Below are positions 13,380 through 19,032 of a stretch of DNA of 19,032 nt, in pieces. A model generated the notes under the pieces. That model was not told the origin of the DNA. It searched no databases and was given only the letters and a program-made list of their open reading frames with translations. Position 1 is the stretch's first letter. Each line of letters begins with the position of its first letter. The DNA lies in the IMG/VR virus record IMGVR_UViG_3300045988_041147, positions 1 to 19,032 of that record; one strand, written 5' to 3'. The translations under genes and the position numbers were made by a program. The stretch comes from a virus.

Positions 13380-14927
13380 ATGACTACAGCATACACGAAA
13401 ACCGACAATTACGGTTTGAACTTGTATGGGGACAATGACCCCGCCGATTTGCGCGACGGTTACAACGGCTCCATGCGCACCATTGACACGACGATGGAAC
13501 AACATTTGAATCGTATCGAATCGGTGGAAGCGCGAGAGACTCATGATGAAGCGGTCATGAAGGCACTCCTTGTGGATAACACGGTGGATAACGCCACCGC
13601 GTCGAAAACCAAATGGGATAAAGCAGGTATCGACGCCACCGCCGCCGCAAGCAAGGCCGATGCAAACACGGCGATTCTCGCCGCGCTCGGCGCAGATTCC
13701 ACCGTCAATGCCGCCACGCAGAAAACCAAGTGGAATAAGGCAGTGGACACCGCCAATAGCAACGCTCAGGCATTGACCGCGCTCGGAAGCGAAACCACTG
13801 ACAAGGCGAACGCCAATAAGGTTAAGTGGAATACCGCCGCCACTACCGCTACTAGCAATAATCAGGCATTGACCGCCCTTGGCAGCAACACAGTCGGCAC
13901 CGCCACCGCCAATAGATCCAAGTGGGACAAGGCTGCAACGGACGCTACCGCCGCTCTCAACGCCGTCCACACCCCAGACAAGCTCAAGGACTATGTCGTG
14001 GTATTGGGTGATAGTTGGGTGGACGGATATTATGGTGGTGCGAAACATATCGACCAGTCACCCGCCGTCGCCATCAAGGAAAAACTCAGCCCACAACGCT
14101 TTTACTACAAGGGTTCCAGCGCTGGAGGTTTCGCCATATCCGGTGACAATGGGACGTTTGCGGACATTTGGAACACCGTGCCAGATAAAAGCAAGGTGAC
14201 GGCGGTTATCGTCATCGGCGGACAGAATGACGCCACTGGACTCGAACAGCAACGTACCAGTGAATCCGTCATTACCTCCAAGGCTCGCGAACTCATGCAG
14301 ACCATCCACGCGGAAGCGCCGAACGCCGAAATCCACGTCTGCCCCATGGTGTTGGCAGTCGGCCAAACATTGACAAAAACTCAGAACCACGGCGCGAATA
14401 GGGCGCACCGTCTTGCAGTCGTGAAGGCATTGACCCTCAACTTGAAGGATTTAGGTTTCGGCTGGATTCGTGTACATGAGGGCGGATACCGTATCGGCGT
14501 GGTGGCTTCTCAGGCGTCGGACGGTGGCGACGGTGGTGATGGTGCGCACCTGAGCCGTGGGGGATACGTGCTTGCCGGATATTGGATAGCACACTGCATC
14601 GCCGCAGGTATCGACCTATGGCCCACGAACTACGGAGGTCCAAGCGATAGCCAAATCAGCGGCACATGGGATTACGTCAACATCTACGAGCATGATGGAA
14701 TATTGTTCATCGGCTTCAAAGTCAACTATAACGCGAAGCCGAACAATTCCGACCGTATCTTCAAACTGCCGAAATGGGCAACCATCGGCAACCCCCATTA
14801 CTACCTGAATTTCGACAGCAAAGGATTCGTGGCCATTGACAACAATACGCTCAGCATCCAGAACGCCGGAAATTTGGACAATACGGGCATTATCGTAGGC
14901 TCCTATACGATTCCCGCAGGAATGTGA
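13380..14927 (+). CDS. Tail fibre/appendage with repeat shaft, SGNH (GDSL-type) hydrolase domain and C-terminal beta-rich domain (515 aa)
   Basis: N-terminal anchor motif. Repeats centred on K-W-[DN]-x-A (three clear 32-aa units plus a longer first copy). SGNH blocks are GDSW (Ser codon 14013-14015), a Gly block, GGQND, and DGAH (His codon 14547-14549). Confidence 0.8.
   Translation: MTTAYTKTDNYGLNLYGDNDPADLRDGYNGSMRTIDTTMEQHLNRIESVEARETHDEAVMKALLVDNTVDNATASKTKWDKAGIDATAAASKADANTAILAALGADSTVNAATQKTKWNKAVDTANSNAQALTALGSETTDKANANKVKWNTAATTATSNNQALTALGSNTVGTATANRSKWDKAATDATAALNAVHTPDKLKDYVVVLGDSWVDGYYGGAKHIDQSPAVAIKEKLSPQRFYYKGSSAGGFAISGDNGTFADIWNTVPDKSKVTAVIVIGGQNDATGLEQQRTSESVITSKARELMQTIHAEAPNAEIHVCPMVLAVGQTLTKTQNHGANRAHRLAVVKALTLNLKDLGFGWIRVHEGGYRIGVVASQASDGGDGGDGAHLSRGGYVLAGYWIAHCIAAGIDLWPTNYGGPSDSQISGTWDYVNIYEHDGILFIGFKVNYNAKPNNSDRIFKLPKWATIGNPHYYLNFDSKGFVAIDNNTLSIQNAGNLDNTGIIVGSYTIPAGM
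13566..13967 (+). repeat. In-frame tandem repeats (about 96 nt / 32 aa per unit) in the fibre shaft
   Basis: Units are LAALGADSTVNAATQKTKWNKAVDTANSNAQA, LTALGSETTDKANANKVKWNTAATTATSNNQA and LTALGSNTVGTATANRSKWDKAATDATAALNAV, plus a longer first copy. Confidence 0.8.
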
Positions 14928-14933
14928 TATAGT
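14923..14933 (+). promoter_or_regulatory. Extended -10-like promoter (TGTGaTATAGT)
   Basis: TRTG motif plus TATAGT overlaps the fibre gene stop (TGA 14925-14927). Confidence 0.4.
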
Positions 14934-14942
14934 CGGCATATG

Positions 14943-14975
14943 ATAGCCATACCACTATAATGGTGGTATGGCTAT
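14943..14975 (+). promoter_or_regulatory. Perfect 13-bp hairpin with a TATAATG loop, enclosing the tail-lysin start codon
   Basis: ATAGCCATACCAC (14943-14955) pairs with GTGGTATGGCTAT (14963-14975). ATG 14968-14970 pairs with CAT 14948-14950. Confidence 0.7.
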
Positions 14976-16182
14976 TACTTTCTCGCAGTGGATTGATCAG
15001 ACGAAAAACCGATACTGGGATATGGACGGCGCGTACGGGGCGCAATGCTGGGACTTATGGGCAAAATATTCCATGGATATGTACAGCATGAGTATTCAGG
15101 ACTGCATTACCCCCACCGGTTATGCGGGCGGACTGTACACCTCATATCCCGTGTCGGCTCGATGCGAACAAGTGTACGAACGTATCCCTGCCAATGGGTA
15201 CTCGCCTGTGGCGGGGGACGTGGCAATATGGGGATACGGCACATATACCCCATACACGCATGTTGCGATTGTGGCTAGCAATGATGGGGTGAAAAACAAC
15301 AGCATTTACATCATCACCCAGAATCCGGACGCAAGCGCCTTGAAATGGTTTCCCACCGCTGGACTGTTGGGCTACCTACACCCCCGTACCATGCCTAAGC
15401 CGGACGTTGACAATCCGACCGGCGACAACAATCAGGGACACCCCGACACAGCGCGGGGCGGCGCGTGGATACACTGGCAGGGTGACAATCTGTACTTGCA
15501 CGAAACAGACAATAGTGGCGCAAGGACTCGCATTTTCTACAAAACTACCGCCAATAATTTTTCGGAAAAAGCGTCGCAAGGCCAACCGTCCGACTCGCAA
15601 GGACAAGGCCACCCAAGCAGTTCGGCCAGTGCGGAAAACTCTTATGCCCTCTATGTGGTCGGCACGGTGGAAGCTGGCTTAAGATGGGATGCGGTGGAAG
15701 CGGCCAACTTGCAGGGTATTGGCATTGCCCAATGGAGTTTCGGACGCCGATTGCAGGTGCTCAATAAGATGAGAGAAGCTGACCCGACCGGCTATACGAC
15801 ATTCAAGACGGCAGCTCCACAGATCGCCGCATTAATGGAGAGCGGGGGAGATTTCACGAGAAACCTCACTCAATCGGAAGCTAGCGCATTCCAGGCATGG
15901 GCAGCACGCAGTGAATCCCATGAGGGGCAACGCAAACAGTTCGCGGAAGACTATGCCGGATATCCACAGGAATATGAGGATGATAAAATGCAGATACTGT
16001 GGGTCACTGCCTATCACCAGTCGCCCGCGAACGCGCTGAAAGTACCGAAGGCGTCGAACCTTGCACAGCTCAAGACGAACATTTTGAATACGTACCCGTT
16101 TCAGCCGTACACGAATCGATACAATCAGGCGTACTCGTTATTGAGTGTGTGGGATGGAAAATCGAATCCGCCCGCATTCTAA
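14968..16182 (+). CDS. Virion-associated peptidoglycan hydrolase: N-terminal CHAP plus C-terminal phi29 gp13-like lysozyme domain (404 aa)
   Basis: CHAP signature DMDGAYGAQCWDLW...HVAIV. The C-terminal GTVEAG...GIGIAQWS...TAYHQSPANA aligns by eye with the phi29 gp13 N-terminal domain (SES...GFGLVQWT...ASYERPANP). Its position is equivalent to gene 13. Confidence 0.8.
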   Translation: MAITFSQWIDQTKNRYWDMDGAYGAQCWDLWAKYSMDMYSMSIQDCITPTGYAGGLYTSYPVSARCEQVYERIPANGYSPVAGDVAIWGYGTYTPYTHVAIVASNDGVKNNSIYIITQNPDASALKWFPTAGLLGYLHPRTMPKPDVDNPTGDNNQGHPDTARGGAWIHWQGDNLYLHETDNSGARTRIFYKTTANNFSEKASQGQPSDSQGQGHPSSSASAENSYALYVVGTVEAGLRWDAVEAANLQGIGIAQWSFGRRLQVLNKMREADPTGYTTFKTAAPQIAALMESGGDFTRNLTQSEASAFQAWAARSESHEGQRKQFAEDYAGYPQEYEDDKMQILWVTAYHQSPANALKVPKASNLAQLKTNILNTYPFQPYTNRYNQAYSLLSVWDGKSNPPAF

Positions 16183-16185
16183 ACG

Positions 16186-16196
16186 TGTGATATAAT
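16186..16196 (+). promoter_or_regulatory. Extended -10 promoter (TGTGaTATAAT)
   Basis: Exact TRTGnTATAAT lies 4 nt after the tail-lysin stop. Confidence 0.65.
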
Positions 16197-16202
16197 AAGG
16201 AA

Positions 16203-16286
16203 TGTCGGCATGTGATGACTTCCCTTGAGCCGACCGTAACTAGTGGGAGCGTAACGGTGGTCATGACGTTACGCTCTCATTGTTTT
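16203..16286 (+). ncRNA. Structured leader / small RNA of about 85 nt ending in a terminator-like hairpin just before the ATPase RBS
   Basis: Hairpin 1 is 16204-16209 with 16229-16234 (19-nt loop). Hairpin 2 is 16245-16256 with 16267-16278 (12 bp, one G-U), followed by ATTGTTTT. AGGAGG at 16287-16292 comes next. Confidence 0.45.
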
Positions 16287-16299
16287 AGGAGGTGAGCGC

Positions 16300-17367
16300 A
16301 TGGCATTGCAAACATTGGCCGAAGATGACTATTATGACTTACATAATCTGCTCACCCGAAACGCTCCATGGAATTTCATTATCGGCGCACGCGGACTCGG
16401 CAAAACGTTCGCCGCCAAACGATACGGCATCAAGGAATACATCAAGCACGGCCATGAATTCATTTATCTCAGGCGCACAGACGTGGAACAGCACCGCAAG
16501 GAAACCTTCTTCAAAGACATTCAAGAGTTCTTTCCCTCATACGAGTTTCGTGTGAACGGCGAAAAAGGACAATTGCATAAGACATCATGGGACGAAAAAG
16601 ACTGGCGCACATGCTGCTATTTCGTCGCACTCTCCCAAGCGGGCGGACTAAAATCAGTGGCCTACCCTAAAGTACATTTGATTATTTTCGACGAAATCTT
16701 CCCCGACAACCTACGTTTTTTAAGCAATGAAGTAAACAGTTTCAGCGAGTTCTATAATACCGTTGACCGTTGGCAGGATAGAACAAAAGTGCTGTTTTTA
16801 TCCAACGCAGTGCAGAAAGCCAATCCCTATTTCGCGAAATACCGACTAGACATTGGAGCACAACAAACCAACCAACAACAATACAAACTCTACTGCGGTG
16901 GATTCGTCTGCTTAGAATTGGCAGACTATGGCGGATTCAGTGCGAAAGTCGCACAGTCCAAGTTCGGACGATTTCTTGAGCAGTATGACGGGGATTATGC
17001 CGACTATGCGATCAGAAACAAGTTCCGAGATGAGTCGGACACATTGCTAGCGCCCATCCCGAGCGACGGCGAACTCTCATACATTTTAGACACTAACGAC
17101 TATGCGCGATTCGGAATATGGGTTTCCGTATCCGAACGCGATGGGCATGTTTCACAATATGTTTCACGACGTATCCCCAAAGACAATACCAGACCCGTCT
17201 ACACGCTCGACCCCAACCATGTTGACGAAAAAACATGGTACGTCAAAAAGTCAGATGATATCATACGACGGCTCACCACCGGCTATCGACTCGGTAAAAT
17301 CCGTTTCGATGATTCGCAGGTCAAGGCCGATTTTGGTTTGATCATTGGAGAATTACTAGGCAAATAG
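16300..17367 (+). CDS. DNA encapsidation (packaging) ATPase, phi29 gp16-like (355 aa)
   Basis: NFIIGARGLGKT (Walker A), HLIIFDEI (Walker B), LSNAV...NPYF, VYTLDP and IRFDD blocks all align with phi29 gp16. Confidence 0.96.
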   Translation: MALQTLAEDDYYDLHNLLTRNAPWNFIIGARGLGKTFAAKRYGIKEYIKHGHEFIYLRRTDVEQHRKETFFKDIQEFFPSYEFRVNGEKGQLHKTSWDEKDWRTCCYFVALSQAGGLKSVAYPKVHLIIFDEIFPDNLRFLSNEVNSFSEFYNTVDRWQDRTKVLFLSNAVQKANPYFAKYRLDIGAQQTNQQQYKLYCGGFVCLELADYGGFSAKVAQSKFGRFLEQYDGDYADYAIRNKFRDESDTLLAPIPSDGELSYILDTNDYARFGIWVSVSERDGHVSQYVSRRIPKDNTRPVYTLDPNHVDEKTWYVKKSDDIIRRLTTGYRLGKIRFDDSQVKADFGLIIGELLGK

Positions 17368-17381
17368 GAAGGATAATATTA

Positions 17382-17753
17382 ATGACAATGACGGCAACGG
17401 ACGTGTGGTGTGTGTTTGCGGTAGTCTTTTTCATTATTGTGGACTACGTGACCGGCATTGCAAAAGCCATACTCAACGACACGCTAAGTTCACAAAAAAT
17501 GCGGCAGGGGTTATGGCACAAGTTCGCCTACCTCATGCTAACCTTAGTCGCCTATTTCGTAGACATGATTAATCTCCACGTTGACTTGGGACTTCCGGTC
17601 AGCGTATTCGTGTGTACCGTAGGCGGAATCTCCCTCATCGAACTCACGTCAATCTTGGAAAACATCACCGCAATCAACCCCGAACTAGCGGACGCACCAT
17701 TCATGAGCGTGTTCGCACAAAACAGCACCCCAAAACATAAGAAGGAAAACTAG
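17382..17753 (+). CDS. Holin, phage_holin_4_1 / TcdE-like (123 aa)
   Basis: DYVTGIAKA motif, three hydrophobic segments and a charged C-terminus (KHKKEN). It lies immediately upstream of the endolysin gene. Confidence 0.85.
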   Translation: MTMTATDVWCVFAVVFFIIVDYVTGIAKAILNDTLSSQKMRQGLWHKFAYLMLTLVAYFVDMINLHVDLGLPVSVFVCTVGGISLIELTSILENITAINPELADAPFMSVFAQNSTPKHKKEN

Positions 17754-17754
17754 C

Positions 17755-18432
17755 ATGAATATTCAAGAATGGATGAACTCAATAAACGGACAGGTTGTGG
17801 ATATGGACGGCGCATACGGCGGGCAATGCTGGGACCTATGGAGTTCCTACGCGCGAAACGTGTACGGCATTCCAGCCGCCGACACCAACACCGTAGACGG
17901 TTACGCCGCAAGCGTTTACACTGCACAATATGACCGCTCCCGCGCTCTGCAAGACATGTTCTGCAGAGAAGCAGGAAACTACACGCCGGTTTACGGTGAC
18001 GTGGCATTTTGGAACGGCGCAGGCATGAACCATGTCGCGATTGTGGTACGAGACAACGGCAACGGGACACTCGACACCATGTCGCAAAACCCGAACAAGG
18101 CAGGATACGTCACGATCAGCAAGAACGGCATTATCGGTTACTTCCATCCGCGCACAGCAAACACGCCCACACCTGCACCGGCAAACAATAATGTGACCGT
18201 CATTCCACGCACATACAAGGTCAACGTGGACGTGCTTAACGTACGTTCGGCACCGTCAACCTCAGCGCCAGTAGTAGCCCAATATCATTACGGACAGACA
18301 GTTAATTTGTCCGAAGGCGGTGTGATCGCAGACGGATACATTTGGGCACACTATGTTGGCGGTTCAGGCGCAACACGATACGTAGCACTAGCGCCAGCAG
18401 ACAAATCAATGTGGTATCTCGTATTTGCCTAA
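17755..18432 (+). CDS. Endolysin: N-terminal CHAP amidase/endopeptidase plus C-terminal SH3b cell-wall binding domain (225 aa)
   Basis: DMDGAYGGQCWDLW...HVAIV CHAP signature. The C-terminal LNVRSAPSTSAPVV...GYIWAHY...RYVA shows the SH3b pattern. Confidence 0.9.
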   Translation: MNIQEWMNSINGQVVDMDGAYGGQCWDLWSSYARNVYGIPAADTNTVDGYAASVYTAQYDRSRALQDMFCREAGNYTPVYGDVAFWNGAGMNHVAIVVRDNGNGTLDTMSQNPNKAGYVTISKNGIIGYFHPRTANTPTPAPANNNVTVIPRTYKVNVDVLNVRSAPSTSAPVVAQYHYGQTVNLSEGGVIADGYIWAHYVGGSGATRYVALAPADKSMWYLVFA

Positions 18433-18446
18433 TTAGCGGCATAAGA

Positions 18447-18477
18447 AAAGCCCCTAGGTTGATAGCCTAGGGGCTTT
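18447..18477. terminator. Bidirectional intrinsic terminator between convergent genes
   Basis: Perfect 12-bp stem AAAGCCCCTAGG / CCTAGGGGCTTT with a 7-nt loop. A-rich and T-rich flanks give a U-tract on both strands. Confidence 0.8.
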
Positions 18478-18481
18478 CCTA

Positions 18482-18727
18482 TTACCAAGTACGAGCGAAC
18501 GCTTCAATATCCTCTGCAGAAAACAGGTACAAATCATCATCTGTCTCATATGGTAGAAGGAACTGATAGGAATCATACTGAGCCACGCCATAATCGTCAA
18601 CAGCTTGGACACGGTCAATACTGGTCACGATGGCGACCTTGAAGCCCAGAAGCGTTATGGACGGGTCATTCCACAGCGTAGTGAGAAGTTCGTTCTTTTC
18701 ATTTGGGGTCATGTTTGAAATATCCAT
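18482..18727 (-). CDS. Small, highly acidic right-end early protein (81 aa)
   Basis: It starts at the ITR-borne ATG (complement of 18725-18727). By my count it has 15 Asp/Glu against 4 Lys/Arg. The track start at 18814 lies in the ITR and is an artefact. Confidence 0.7.
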   Translation of the reverse strand: MDISNMTPNEKNELLTTLWNDPSITLLGFKVAIVTSIDRVQAVDDYGVAQYDSYQFLLPYETDDDLYLFSAEDIEAFARTW

Positions 18728-19032
18728 TTTATTTTTCCTTCCCTTGAAGTTGATAGTTATATAATAACACAAACAAAAACACGACACGCCCGAAAACAAA
18801 ATGAAGCAAAACACTAAAACACACCTACCTACCGGTTGGTAAGTTACGGTTACGTTACCGTAACTTACAGATAATTAGACAACATGAGTTAACCCAGTTA
18901 ACCAATGGCTATATGAAATTGTTGTACATACAACCATTGACACAGTGTCAATAAAAAAAACGACAAGCCCAAAATAAAAAAAGTTGACACTCACCAATTG
19001 CAATGATGGTTCTTTTTGATGTTATGCAAACT
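18725..19032. repeat. Right inverted terminal repeat (308 bp)
   Basis: Exact reverse complement of 1-308. Confidence 0.97.
18761..18771 (-). promoter_or_regulatory. Extended -10 promoter inside the right ITR (mirror of 262-272)
   Basis: Same sequence as the left ITR promoter. It drives the acidic 81-aa gene. Confidence 0.5.

Larger units (their letters stand above)
1..19032. other. Complete linear genome of a phi29-like protein-primed podophage (ITR to ITR)
   Basis: Perfect terminal inverted repeats sit at both window ends. The gene set and order match phi29: TP, pPolB, scaffold, MCP, tail knob, portal, lower collar, fibres, tail lysin, ATPase, holin, endolysin. No lysogeny genes are present. 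Confidence 0.9.

Noticed and set aside
17382-17390. Possible dual-start (M-T-M) holin/antiholin arrangement.
   Set aside because: No charged residue lies between the two Met codons. A functional lambda-S-like dual start is therefore not supported by the sequence alone.
1-19032. ITR-bounded element read as a transposon, casposon or pipolin-like mobile element; tRNA genes, CRISPR arrays or lysogeny genes were also considered.
   Set aside because: The gene content is a full virion, packaging and lysis set with a TP/pPolB replication module. There is no transposase, integrase or Cas1. I found no direct-repeat/spacer arrays and no tRNA-like T-loop or cloverleaf signatures by eye.

Overview
The window appears to be the complete 19,032-bp linear genome of a small phi29-like, protein-primed podophage (Picovirinae/Salasmaviridae type). 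Expression signals (AGGAGG-type RBSs, TRTG/TGn extended -10 promoters) point to a Gram-positive host. It is bounded by perfect 308-bp inverted terminal repeats (1-308 and 18725-19032). Every gene is on the + strand except one small acidic gene at the right end. From left to right: (1) about ten small early ORFs of unknown function (306-2806), two of them below the ORF-track size cut-off; (2) a replication module with a putative SSB, a putative terminal protein and a compact family-B protein-primed DNA polymerase (2870-5824); (3) a 230-bp non-coding gap holding a promoter-to-terminator unit of about 170 nt; (4) a phi29-ordered morphogenesis module with scaffold, Big_2-bearing major capsid protein, gp9-like tail knob, gp10-like portal and gp11-like lower collar; (5) a fibre cluster of three ORFs sharing one N-terminal anchor motif, the largest carrying an SGNH esterase; (6) a virion-associated CHAP plus lysozyme-like hydrolase; (7) the gp16-like packaging ATPase, a holin and a CHAP-SH3b endolysin. 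I saw no integrase, repressor, tRNA or CRISPR array. The most interesting unexplained signals are two non-coding promoter / structured RNA / terminator cassettes (5817-6002 and 16186-16292), which are candidates for a pRNA-like packaging RNA or an antitermination leader. Others are a polymerase lacking a recognisable ExoI motif and carrying NTDG in place of DTDS, ITRs that end exactly at a shared ATG, a 60-aa anchor-only fibre miniprotein, and a lysin start codon buried in a perfect 13-bp hairpin. All homology statements rest on by-eye comparison with remembered phi29 protein sequences and motifs; no searches were run.
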